Origin: Dehalococcoidia bacterium
Lineage (GTDB): Bacteria > Chloroflexota > Dehalococcoidia > UBA2979
Assembly (NCBI GenBank): GCA_965219085.1
Contig: OZ244720.1
Location: 3,136,001-3,200,000 of the forward strand
Length of the DNA: 64,000 nt
Direction: 5' to 3'
The notes beneath the pieces were generated by a model. That model saw only the letters and a list, made by a program, of their open reading frames with translations. It searched no databases and was not told the origin of the DNA. The number at the start of each line of letters is the position of its first letter. Within the stretch, counting starts at the first letter, position 1. This document shows, piece after piece, positions 30,517 through 39,984 of the stretch. Both the position numbers and the translations under genes were made by a program.

Positions 30517-31882
30517 GGTCACGTCCCTGCAAGTGGTGTAGCAGTGCACCATCCTGATCATTTGCTAGCTGGCAGCTTGCAGCAGCACCTCCTCGCCTGA
30601 GGCGACCTCGGCCACGGCCGCCGGCAGCGACTGCAGCATCGTCATGTAGCGCCTCCCCTCCGCCCACTCGTCGTGCTGCTCGGCGAGCACGGCGCCGACC
30701 AGCCGCACGACCGCGGCGCGGTTGGGGAAGATGCCGACGACGTTGGTGCGCCGCCGGATCTCCTTGTTGAGGCGTTCCAGCGGGTTGTTCGACCAGACCT
30801 GCCGCCAGTGCTGGGACGGGAAGGCCGTGAACGCCAGGATCTCGGGTCCGGCGTCGGCGAGCAGCGCCGCGGCCTCGGGGAAGCGCTCGGCGAGCTGCTC
30901 CACCACACGGGCGTGCTGGGCCTGCACCTCGGCCGCAGAGGACTGCTCGTAGATCGTCCGCACCGTCGTCGCCACCAGCTTCTCGGCGCTCTTCGGCACC
31001 CGGGTGAGCAGGTTGCGCATGAAGTGCGTCCTGCAGCGCTGCCAGGAGGCGCCGGCGAAGACGGTCGCGATCGCGTCTCTGAGCCCCTGGTGGGCGTCCG
31101 AGGTCACCAGCTCGACCCCGGACAGACCGCGCGCCACGAGCCCGCGCAGGAAGCTCAGCCAGAACGCCCCGTCCTCGGAGGTACCGACGTCGATGCCCAG
31201 CAGCTCGCGCTTGCCTGTCGCGTTGACGGCGGTGGCGACGACCACGCTCACCTGGACGACGCGGCCCTCCTCGCGCACGAGCTGGGTGAGCGCGTCGAGC
31301 CAGAGGTAGCGGTAGGGGCCCGAGTCGAGCGGCCGCTCGAGGAAGCTCTCCACGACCTCGTCGAGCTCGGCGCAGATGCGCGAGACCTGGCTCTTCGAGA
31401 TGCCATCACAGCCGAGCGAGCGCACGAGGTCGTCGACGCGGCGCGTCGAGACGCCCTCGACGTAGGCCTGCGTGACCACGGAGAGGAGGGCGCGCTCCGA
31501 GCGCCGCCGCGGCTCGAGCAGCGAGGGGAAGTAGCTGCCCTCGCGCAGCTTCGGGATGCCCAGTTCGATCGTGCCCACGCGCGTGTCCCAGCGCCTGGGC
31601 CGGTAGCCGTTACGCCGGGTGAGGCGCGTCTCGCTGCGCTCGCCGTGGGCGGCGCCGATCTGCGCCGAGACCTCGGCGTCCATCACCGCCTGGGCGAGCA
31701 CCGCGACCGCCTCGCGCAGGAAGTCAATGTCAGCTCCGTCCGCCTGCTTGCGAAGCAACTCCAACAAGTCCACGCTCTCCTTGACCACCGTAGTCCTCCT
31801 TCACGTGACTGTTTCCTGTGTGAAGGATGGCGCGGTGGTCTCCTACGTCCACCTCTGTGACACCACTTCCTGGGACGCTACC
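30517..31882 (-). mobile_element. IS256-family element, intact
   Basis: IRs ggtcacgtccctgcaagtggtgt / acaccacttcctgggacgctacc; 8-bp TSD ccgtgccc at 30509-30516 and 31883-31890. Confidence 0.95.
30565..31788 (-). CDS. IS256 transposase
   Basis: RNGYR, YLWLDA, LVTSDAHQGL, WQRCRTHF, NNPLERLNKEIRRR. Confidence 0.95.
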   Translation of the reverse strand: MVKESVDLLELLRKQADGADIDFLREAVAVLAQAVMDAEVSAQIGAAHGERSETRLTRRNGYRPRRWDTRVGTIELGIPKLREGSYFPSLLEPRRRSERALLSVVTQAYVEGVSTRRVDDLVRSLGCDGISKSQVSRICAELDEVVESFLERPLDSGPYRYLWLDALTQLVREEGRVVQVSVVVATAVNATGKRELLGIDVGTSEDGAFWLSFLRGLVARGLSGVELVTSDAHQGLRDAIATVFAGASWQRCRTHFMRNLLTRVPKSAEKLVATTVRTIYEQSSAAEVQAQHARVVEQLAERFPEAAALLADAGPEILAFTAFPSQHWRQVWSNNPLERLNKEIRRRTNVVGIFPNRAAVVRLVGAVLAEQHDEWAEGRRYMTMLQSLPAAVAEVASGEEVLLQAAS

Positions 31883-32067
31883 CCGTGCCCCCGCCCGTGG
31901 TCCGGCGAGGGCAACTCGCGCGCGCTGTCCCGACTGCCAACGACGCCACGGCCGATCGGCCTGCGTCGCTACAGCCGCTCCCCGTGCGGACGCAAAGCCG
32001 TGGGCGTTCGAGCGCGCCGCTGGCGCTAGAATCCGGCCGAAGCCAATTCCTATCCCGGGGGGTCACG

Positions 32068-33168
32068 ATGGAGATCAAGGCGGCGGTCCTCTACGAGGCG
32101 AACACCCCACTGGTCGTCGAGCGTGTGCAGCTCGACGGCCCGAAGGACGGCGAGGTCCTCGTGCGCATCGCCGCCTCGGGCGTGTGTCACTCCGACTACC
32201 ACGTGATGAAGGGCGAGTGGACGCCGCCGCTGCCGATGGTGCTCGGCCACGAAGCCGCGGGCGTCGTTGAGCAGGTGGGCGCGGGAGTCGGGCGGGTGCG
32301 GCCAGGCGACCACGTGATCCTGAACTTCCGCCCGAACTGCGGCTGGTGCGACCACTGCAGCCGCGGAGAGCCGGTGCTCTGCAACGGAGCGGACAGCGAG
32401 CGCTGGCTGCTGTTCGACGGCACCACACGGCTGCACACCAGCGGCGGCCGGGACCTCCATCACTTCGCGCGAGTCGCCTCGTTCGCGGAGTACGCGGTCG
32501 TCCCCGAGTCGGGCGCGGTGCCCGTGCGCCGCGACGTGCCGCTCGACAAGGCGGCGCTCATTGGCTGCGCGGTGATGACCGGGGTCGGTGCGGTCATCAA
32601 CACGGCGCGCGTCGAGGCCGGCAGCTCAGTGCTGGTGATCGGCTGCGGTGGAGTGGGCCTGAACTGTATCCAGGGCGCCGTGCTTGCGGGGGCAGAGCGG
32701 ATCATCGCCGTCGACGTGAAGGCCAACAAGCTCGAGTACGCGAAGCAGTTCGGCGCGACCGACCTCCTCGGCCCGAGCGAGGGCGACACCGCGGCCCGGG
32801 TGATCGAACTGACGGGCGGAGGCGTGGATTACGCGTTCGAGGCGATCGGCTTCTCCAAGACGATCGTCGACTGCTACGAGTCAACGCGGCCTGGCGGCAC
32901 AACGGTGGTCGTGGGTATGGGGCCCGAGGACGACATGATGACTATCCCCGCGCTCTCGCTGCCGCGCACGGAGAAGGTGCTCCGCGGCTCGTGGTACGGA
33001 TCCGCCCGCCCCTGGATCGACCTCCCGAAGATGGTCGACCTCTACCTGGGCGGCCGCCTGCAGGTCGATCCGCTCCTCAGCCGCACCTACCCGCTCGATG
33101 AGATCAACGAGGCATACGCGGCTCTCGATCGCGGCGACGTGGCGCGCAGCCTGCTCCTCATGGACTGA
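32068..33168 (+). CDS. Zn-dependent alcohol dehydrogenase (class III-like)
   Basis: GVCHSD, GHEAAG, CGWCDHC...C, GCGGVG. Confidence 0.92.
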   Translation: MEIKAAVLYEANTPLVVERVQLDGPKDGEVLVRIAASGVCHSDYHVMKGEWTPPLPMVLGHEAAGVVEQVGAGVGRVRPGDHVILNFRPNCGWCDHCSRGEPVLCNGADSERWLLFDGTTRLHTSGGRDLHHFARVASFAEYAVVPESGAVPVRRDVPLDKAALIGCAVMTGVGAVINTARVEAGSSVLVIGCGGVGLNCIQGAVLAGAERIIAVDVKANKLEYAKQFGATDLLGPSEGDTAARVIELTGGGVDYAFEAIGFSKTIVDCYESTRPGGTTVVVGMGPEDDMMTIPALSLPRTEKVLRGSWYGSARPWIDLPKMVDLYLGGRLQVDPLLSRTYPLDEINEAYAALDRGDVARSLLLMD

Positions 33169-33251
33169 GCAGCGCACACAGCGGGATATTCGTCGACGCG
33201 CGGTTCCGCCGACGGGTGATCCATGACGAGGTCGAGCGCCGGCCAGGGTCG

Positions 33252-34334
33252 CTACGCCAAAGGCAGGCGATCCTCGAGGCCGAGTTCGGCCAGGATGCCG
33301 CGGAACCACTCGATCACCTCGGGGTGGTAGGGGATGCCGAGCTCGCGGCGGGCGGCCTCCTCCTCGTGCTCGGGCAGGCCGGCGTAGTAGACGCGCTCCT
33401 CGCCGGGCGCCGTCTTCGCATCACGCAGGCGCCGCAGGTAGGCGTCCATGTCGTCCTTGAACTGCTCGAGGTCGGTGAACGCATCGATGCGATAGGCGAG
33501 CAGGTGGTGCGCCTGGCGTGCGCGGCGGTCCGGCCCTCCCGCGCCGCCCGAGAGCAGACTCGTCAGCACCTCGACCATCACCGCGAGGCCGTACCCCTTG
33601 TGCGAGCCGATCTCACGCGTGCCGCCCAGGGGCAGCATCAGGTACGGCTCGGGGATCGGTCGCTCCTCCATGATCGGCGCACCGTCCTCGCCGGCAATCC
33701 AGCCCGGCATGGTGTCGCGGCCGAGGCGCTGCACGAGCCGCACCTTGTTGCCGGCGATCGAGCTCATCGAGCCGTCGAAGATGAACGGCGGCTCCTCGCG
33801 CGTGGGCACGGCGATCGCGATCGGGTTGAGGCCGACGAGCGGCTCGGCGCCGAAAGTGGGCGTCACGCTGACGCCGCCGGCGGTCATCGAGACGCCGATC
33901 ATGTCCTCATCGAGGGCCATCGCGGCGGTGTAGGCGGCGGCGCCGTAGTGCCCGCCGTTGTAGACGGCGACCGAGCCGATCCCGTACTGGCGCGCCCGCT
34001 CGATCGCGATGCGCATCGCCTCCGGCCCGATCACGCCGCCGTGCGCGCCGTCCGAGTCGATCGTGCAGGCGGCCGGGCTGTCGTGGGTGATGCGCCAGCG
34101 CGCCTGGAGGTTGATGCCGCCGTCGCGGATCGCGTCCACGTAGTAGCGCAGCATGTTCGAGACGCCGTGCGAGTCGATGCCGCGGATGTCCGCATACAGC
34201 AGCACGTCCGCCGACTGCTCGGCGTGGCCGCGTGGCATGCCGAGGGCGACGAAGAGCTCTTCGACGGCGCCGCGCATCACCGCAGGGTCGACTCGCACCT
34301 CGATCTCCGGGGGGACGTGGAAGCGTTCGAGCAT
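33252..34334 (-). CDS. Ldh_2-family oxidoreductase (malate/sulfolactate/ureidoglycolate dehydrogenase-like)
   Basis: ADIRGIDSHG, GHYGAA, GLNPIA, HKGYGLA. Confidence 0.9.
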   Translation of the reverse strand: MLERFHVPPEIEVRVDPAVMRGAVEELFVALGMPRGHAEQSADVLLYADIRGIDSHGVSNMLRYYVDAIRDGGINLQARWRITHDSPAACTIDSDGAHGGVIGPEAMRIAIERARQYGIGSVAVYNGGHYGAAAYTAAMALDEDMIGVSMTAGGVSVTPTFGAEPLVGLNPIAIAVPTREEPPFIFDGSMSSIAGNKVRLVQRLGRDTMPGWIAGEDGAPIMEERPIPEPYLMLPLGGTREIGSHKGYGLAVMVEVLTSLLSGGAGGPDRRARQAHHLLAYRIDAFTDLEQFKDDMDAYLRRLRDAKTAPGEERVYYAGLPEHEEEAARRELGIPYHPEVIEWFRGILAELGLEDRLPLA

Positions 34335-34475
34335 TGGAACCGCCTTACTGCCCGAGAGCCCTTGCTGTTCGGCCCGCGCGCCGGGGTACCGGGCGATGGT
34401 ACGACTACTGCCGTGAGGGTCCGCCGCGCCGGGACAGCGCGGTGGGATAGGAACTAAGCGCGGGCAGGACCAGCC

Positions 34476-34868
34476 ATGACTACGACCGTGAAAGCCACCC
34501 ACGCCAGCGGCGTACTCACGCCCTCGGAGCCCCTCGACATCGAGGAAGGCACGGAGGTGACGCTGTCGATCGAGGACGCGGGGTCGCCGAAGCGAGGGCT
34601 GGCCGGCATCGTTGAGGCAGTCCAGGAGCTTCACAGGACCATCCCGCCGGACGCGTGGGACGTTCTGCCGACGGACGGCGCGAAGAACGACAACCACTAC
34701 CTGTACGGCAGCCCGAAGGAAGAGGACTCATGCGAGTGGCCTACGCGGACGCGGGCTACCGGATCGCGCTGTGGAATTCCCGGGATCCGCTGCACCAGCG
34801 GCTGTTGGCCGTCGCTGGAACGTGGCGGCGGCTGCCGTCGTGACCACACAGATTGTCCGGTTGAGTAG
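34476..34868 (+). pseudogene. AF2212/DUF104-like antitoxin plus decayed PIN toxin
   Basis: VKATHASGVLTPSEPLDIEEG...NHYLYGSPK, then MRVAYADAGYRIALWNSRDPLHQ fragment. Confidence 0.65.
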
Positions 34869-35275
34869 CTGACGGCAGCAGGGGCGTGAGATACGGCATC
34901 GGGCGGGAAGCCGCCGAGCGAGCAGCGCCGATAGCATCTCACGTGCGCCGCCCGCATCCGGTGCCCGATGGTTGGTGGCGAGGCCCACTACGGCAACCCC
35001 GTCATTGCGTGCCAGGTTGTGCGCAGCGCAAGGCGGCACCAGCCCACCGTGGTTTCGCCAACTGGCCCCGTAAGTTCCTTCATCGGTGCCCGACCCGAAG
35101 CGCGCCGCACACCCTCCGATGGCACGCTGCCTGCCATATGGCGCTGATCTCGCAGCACAGGCGCAGAGGTCACAGCGTGCGGACCATGATCTGATGCCAC
35201 TCGAGCGGTTCCGATAATCCAGCGATCGGTGGTCCGGGGATCGAGCCTCCCGCGGCGCCCGCCTGCGGGCGAAGG

Positions 35276-35689
35276 CTACGAGGCCGACAAGACACGCCGA
35301 CCGTCAAACGGGCGGGGGGGCTTCACCCGGTCTTCGAGCCAGCTCACCAGCTCCGCGAACCGGAACGCGTTGGTCTCGAACAGCTTCATGAAGAACTCGT
35401 GGGCTGCACGGTCGTCGCAGTCGATGAAGTGGCCATTCCCGCGCAGGAAGACATCCGTGACGAAGAAGGCCACTCGCTTGTTCCCGTCCACGAAGGGGTG
35501 GTTCACGGCAAGGCTCTCCATGAGTGCCGCCGCCTCCTCGGTCAGGCTCTCCTAGTACCCGAGTTGCGGCCGCATCACTGCCGCCGCGAGGGCGCCTTCA
35601 TCACGGATCCCAGCACTGCCACCGAATTCGTCGATCAGGACGACGTGCATGGCCACGACTTCCTCGATCGTCGGGAAGTCGTGGGTCAC
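35276..35689 (-). pseudogene. doc: Doc/Fic-family toxin with in-frame TAG (35552-35554)
   Basis: NHPFVDGNKRVA motif; GTGA overlap with the antitoxin. Confidence 0.8.
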
Positions 35690-35913
35690 TTCGCCAAGAG
35701 CTCACCAAGGAGGCGATGTCGCTCGACACTCGCCCGGAAGTGCTCGATTATCTCCGGGCGGATCGTCTGGCGGGCCTTCTTCTCGAGATACCCACTCATC
35801 GCGTCTTCGAGCACTGCCTGGAAATGACGCCCTTCTTCCCGGGCAGCCGCTCGCAGCGCGGCCAGTAGCTCGGGCGATGCCTGGCTGGAAAACTTCTGGC
35901 GCGTCTGAGCCAT
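35686..35913 (-). CDS. Antitoxin of the Doc toxin (RHH-like)
   Basis: 75 aa, KFSSQASPELL, coupled to doc. Confidence 0.75.
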   Translation of the reverse strand: MAQTRQKFSSQASPELLAALRAAAREEGRHFQAVLEDAMSGYLEKKARQTIRPEIIEHFRASVERHRLLGELLAK

Positions 35914-36054
35914 CGCGCACCCCCCTCGCTGGTTGCTGTCCCTATTGTCGCGTCGGGCGATCCCGTGTCAAGAACCAGCTTGACGCCACGAGCTCATCGA
36001 GGACATCGGCGAGTGTGAAGGAGTCACCCCCGCAGCGTAGCCCCGATTCGGCGG

Positions 36055-36327
36055 TTACTTGCGTCGGCGCTCGGTCCAGGTCGCGTGCCGCGGCTGACCG
36101 GCTTCGCGGACACGATCGCGAAGCCGCCCGAAGTAGTCCGCATCGGCGGTGACTGCCTGCGGCGACGCCGCGCCTTCGAGGAACGGGCCGCGTAGGCGCT
36201 GGCGATCCCGGTCCTTGCGGATTAACTCACCGACGTACTCGCTTGACGAGCTGTAGCCGCGGGCGCTGACCTGCTGGTCCACGAAGGCCTTAAGGGCCGC
36301 GGGGAGCGATATGTTCATCGTGCTCAT
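36055..36327 (-). CDS. ParD-like RHH antitoxin (partner toxin lost)
   Basis: MNISLPAALKAFVDQQV..RGYSSSSEY. Confidence 0.75.
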   Translation of the reverse strand: MSTMNISLPAALKAFVDQQVSARGYSSSSEYVGELIRKDRDRQRLRGPFLEGAASPQAVTADADYFGRLRDRVREAGQPRHATWTERRRK

Positions 36328-36479
36328 GATGCAACGCTCGCAGGTTTGGCAAGCGTTGCCAATACGCCCCTCGGGCCTTGCACTGCGGATTCCCGGCGGA
36401 GGTCGCCAGCGCTACCCGACGGTGGGGCCAGGCGATCCGGTTGAACCGGCCGTCCTGCTGGAGATGCAGCGCCTGCTGC

Positions 36480-36962
36480 TCGCCCGGCACGCCGCTCGAG
36501 GAGCACGGCGGGCGCCTGCGAGACCAACAGAACTAGATCGGAGGCTCCGGGTACAACCCGTGCGCGGCGGCGTTCGTGCCGCCACCCCCGGAGGTCGTGG
36601 AGGACCTGTTCGACGACCTCTGCGCCTTCGCCAGCACCGATGCGTGGCCACCGCTGGTCCAGGCAGCGATCGCGCAGGCGCAGTCCGAAACCATCCACCC
36701 GTTCGTGGACGGCAACGGGCGCGTGGGCCGTGCCCTGATCCATTTGGTGCTGCGGCGCCGCGGGCTGGGGCTCCGGGTCCCACCACCCATCTCGCTGGTG
36801 CTGGCGACGTGGCCGTCGGCCTACGTACGTCGGGCCGCCCGACAGCGCCGGAGCGCGCGACGGCTTCGAGCACTGGGTGGAGCTCGCCGCCGCGGCGTGC
36901 CTGCGTGCGGCGGGCGATGCCGCACGTTTCGAGGAGCGGGTGCAGGCGCTCCAGGCGGAGTG
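36480..36962 (+). pseudogene. Fic-domain protein fragment
   Basis: ETIHPFVDGNGRVGR; truncated by the IS1111-type element; start approximate. Confidence 0.8.
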
Positions 36963-37053
36963 GCTCGACCGTATGGAGTGACCGGCTCCGAGTTCGCAAA
37001 CTCGCGGGTTACAGACGCGAGGCATGCAGAGCCGCATGCGAAAGGAGCCGGTC

Positions 37054-38166
37054 ATGGAGATGACTACCACATACGCAGGGATGGATGCACACGTGCGGGC
37101 GATCCACGTGGCGGTGCTGGCGCCGGGGGCCGAGCGGCCCGAGGAGTGGCAGTTGACGAACGAGTCGCGCTCGGTGAAGCGGCTCGCGCAACGCCTGAAG
37201 CGCATGGCGCCGGGGCCGGTCGTGGCCTGCTACGAGGCCGGTCCGGGCGGCTTCGCGCTGCAGCGCCAGCTCGAGGCCGAAGGCATCGAATGCCAGGTGA
37301 TCGCGCCAGCGCTGATCCCCAGGCGGCCCGGCGACCGCGTCAAGACCGACCGTCGCGACGCACGGAAGCTCGCCGAGCTGCTGCGCGCGGACCTGCTCAC
37401 GGCGGTGCATCCCCCCACCGTCGACCAGGAGGCGGTGCGCGACCTCTGCCGGGCGCGCGAGGACGCCGTGACCGACCGCACCCGCGCGCGCCACCGCCTG
37501 GCGAAGCTGCTGCTGCGGCGCGGCATCGCCTACGACGGGCGGAACTGGACGAAGCGGCACCGCAACTGGCTGCTGACGCTGCGCTTCGAGCACCCGGCCG
37601 CGCAGGCCACCTTCGACGACTACCTGCGCGCGCTCGAGGGCGTGGAGGAGCGGCTGCGCGCGCTGGAGCAGGAACTGGCCGCGTGTGCCGCCGGCGACGA
37701 CTACCGCGAGGCGGTGGGGCTGCTGCGCTGCTTCCGCGGCATCGACACGGTAACGGCGCTGACGGTGCTGGCCGAGCTCGGCGACATCACCCGCTTCGGC
37801 AGCGGGCGGCAGTTGATGTCGTACCTCGGGCTCACGCCCAGCGAGTACAGCAGCGGCGCCCGTCAGCGGCGGGGACCGATCACCAAGACCGGCAACGCCC
37901 ACGTGCGCCGGCTGCTCGTAGAGAGCGCCTGGCACTACCGCCACCCACCACGGGTGGGGGTGGCGCTCCGCAAGCGGCGCGAGGGCCAGCCGGGCTGGGC
38001 GGTGGCGCTGGCCGACCGGGCGCAAGCCCGGCTCCACCGTCGCCACCGGCGGCTGATCGCTCGCGGCAAGCCGTCGGTGGTGGCGAACGTCGCCGTGGCG
38101 CGCGAGCTCGCCGGCTGCCTGTGGGCGGTGCTGCACAACAGCGCGGAGCAGCGCGCGGCGGCCTGA
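37054..38166 (+). CDS. IS110-family DEDD recombinase A
   Basis: GMDAH, CYEAG, KTDRRDA, SEYSSG, ITKTGN. Confidence 0.95.
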   Translation: MEMTTTYAGMDAHVRAIHVAVLAPGAERPEEWQLTNESRSVKRLAQRLKRMAPGPVVACYEAGPGGFALQRQLEAEGIECQVIAPALIPRRPGDRVKTDRRDARKLAELLRADLLTAVHPPTVDQEAVRDLCRAREDAVTDRTRARHRLAKLLLRRGIAYDGRNWTKRHRNWLLTLRFEHPAAQATFDDYLRALEGVEERLRALEQELAACAAGDDYREAVGLLRCFRGIDTVTALTVLAELGDITRFGSGRQLMSYLGLTPSEYSSGARQRRGPITKTGNAHVRRLLVESAWHYRHPPRVGVALRKRREGQPGWAVALADRAQARLHRRHRRLIARGKPSVVANVAVARELAGCLWAVLHNSAEQRAAA

Positions 38167-38377
38167 TGCAACGCGCCGCGGCGAAGGCGGAGACGGTGAT
38201 ACGCCGCTCCGGGGCTGGAGCGGATGGATGAGCGAGGACACGCTCAGGAGGATGCGCGGAAGCACTGTGCGGCAACGGCGCCTGGCGCCGCCAACCCGCG
38301 ACATCAGACGGCGAACCCTCCCGGCGAAGCACGGTCATGCGGCAAGGCCCCAGGCAACCCGACGTTCCTATAGAGAG

Positions 38378-39637
38378 TCAAGGGAGCGATCCGGCAGCCT
38401 CCCGCGCGGCGTGAGCGGCGAGGCGATTCGGGACAGAGGGATGCCCCGCTTCCAACCCCGCCCGCGCTGATCCGGGATCCGTGGATGCCCGTGTTGGCTG
38501 CCGTGGGTGCTCGCCGTCCACAGACGCGGGGGGCCCGCCCTCACAGGCGCGGGGGGCGCCGGGAGTCGAGCCGGGCGACAGCTGCGTGGCGTATCGCGCC
38601 AGATCGGCAGTGAGCGTTCGATAGAGCTGGCGAGCGACATAGCGCTTCAGGCAGCGGATGATCTCGCGTTTGGACTTACCCTCCGCAGTGCGCTTCGCCA
38701 CGTAAGCCCTGGTGCGGGCGCAATAGCGCAGGCGGACGAGCACGATCCGGTACAGCGCGCTGTTGGCCTGCCGGTCGCCGCCCGGGTTCAGGCGATGTCG
38801 CTGCGTGCGCCCGGAGGACGCCTCGAGGGGCGCGGCGCCGCAGAGCCGTGCGAAGGCGGCCTCGCTCGACAGCCGTCCGATGTTCTCGCCGGGGGTGACG
38901 AGTAACTGCGCGGCGTTCACGATGCCGACACCGGGCAGTGCGAGGGAGCCGGGTGCGACCCTCTCCACAAGTGACCGCAGCGCCTGGTCGAGATCGGCGA
39001 CCTCGCGGTCCAGCTCGGCGACGTGGTGAGCGACGCTGCGCAGCGCGAGCTTCGCGGCCTGTAGTGGTTGGTCGAGCCGGGCCCTGTCCGGACGGAATCG
39101 CGCGCACTGCCGCGCCTTCGCGGGCAGGGTCTGCTGCGGCAGCGCCTCGCGGAGTTCCGCCGGCGCCGTGGCGATCAGGTCGCGCAGCTGCAGCAGCGCC
39201 GCACTGCGGGCCTTGACCGCGGCTGAACGAGCATTTGCGAGGGTGCGGATCGACTCGACGACACCGTTCGTGGCCTTGGGCAGCACCTGCGCCGTACCCG
39301 CCAGCACCTGCCTCGCGGCGGCCTCGGCGTCGATCGGGTCTGACTTACCCTGGCGCCGGCGCGTGTGCCGGTGCGGCTGGCTGACCTCGCGCACATCCAG
39401 CCCCTGTGCGAGCAACCAGCGTGTGAGCCCGGCCCCGTAGGACGAGGCGCCCTCCACGGCGATCGTCGCGATCGTGCCGAACGCCTCCAGCCACTGGTGC
39501 AACTCCCGGTAGCCCCGCGCGGTCGCTGGGAACTCGGCATCCCCGAGTCTCTCTCCTCGATCGTCGAGTGCGACTGCGTGGTGCGTGCGGGAGTGGGTAT
39601 CCACCCCTCCGATGACACCGCTCCGCGTTTCCGGCAT
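38378..39637 (-). CDS. IS110-family DEDD recombinase B
   Basis: GGVDTH, AVEGASSYG, KSDPIDA, EASSG, GGDRQAN, RCLKRY. Confidence 0.95.
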   Translation of the reverse strand: MPETRSGVIGGVDTHSRTHHAVALDDRGERLGDAEFPATARGYRELHQWLEAFGTIATIAVEGASSYGAGLTRWLLAQGLDVREVSQPHRHTRRRQGKSDPIDAEAAARQVLAGTAQVLPKATNGVVESIRTLANARSAAVKARSAALLQLRDLIATAPAELREALPQQTLPAKARQCARFRPDRARLDQPLQAAKLALRSVAHHVAELDREVADLDQALRSLVERVAPGSLALPGVGIVNAAQLLVTPGENIGRLSSEAAFARLCGAAPLEASSGRTQRHRLNPGGDRQANSALYRIVLVRLRYCARTRAYVAKRTAEGKSKREIIRCLKRYVARQLYRTLTADLARYATQLSPGSTPGAPRACEGGPPASVDGEHPRQPTRASTDPGSARAGLEAGHPSVPNRLAAHAAREAAGSLP

Positions 39638-39666
39638 GCTCGCCGTACCTTCCTGCGGGGAGGTGT

Positions 39667-39851
39667 GTGACCGGGTCGTGGTGGGCGGACAGAACAGCGA
39701 TGAGGCAACTCTGAGCCAGGTTCCTATGAGGTCACGCCACCCGCGGCCCGGTCACTTGGTGGATGCGAGGAGGGCGGAGCCGACACGTCGGATTGAGGAC
39801 ACCGCTCGCGGTGGGTCAGCGAATATCTAGGTCAGGCTCCGTCCTTCTCGC
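39667..39851 (-). ncRNA. Bridge RNA of IS110 element B
   Basis: Two stem-loops with internal loops; target guides at 39820-39827 and 39786-39795, donor guides at 39720-39727 and 39695-39700, each matching the actual junctions. Confidence 0.85.
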
Positions 39852-39984
39852 TGTGAGTATCTTCGCTGCGAATATCAGAGTGACACGTCGTCGAAGCAGC
39901 GCCCTCGTTCGTCCATCTCCCCCCGTTCCGGAGCCGGATCGCCACGACCACCGCCGGTGCTGCTTGACAGCCGGTCACTCCATA

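Larger units (their letters stand above)
38365..39870 (-). mobile_element. IS110-group element (B), intact, CG core
   Basis: CG core at 38363-38364 and 39869-39870; removing it rejoins caacccga-CG-aatatcag; no IRs; long 5' non-coding end. Confidence 0.9.
38200..39935 (+). ncRNA. Split bridge/seek RNA of element A (halves ~38200-38364 and 39871-~39935)
   Basis: 38223-38237 pairs with 39903-39917 (two G.U on + strand); two loops of the form aagcac..tgcggcaa..caacccg..atcaga; donor guides match the element ends. Confidence 0.7.

Noticed and set aside
27306-35554. In-frame TAG codons (CGNR gene, doc) as amber recoding
   Set aside because: TAG is a normal stop in many intact genes here and no pyrrolysine machinery is seen; pseudogenisation is simpler.
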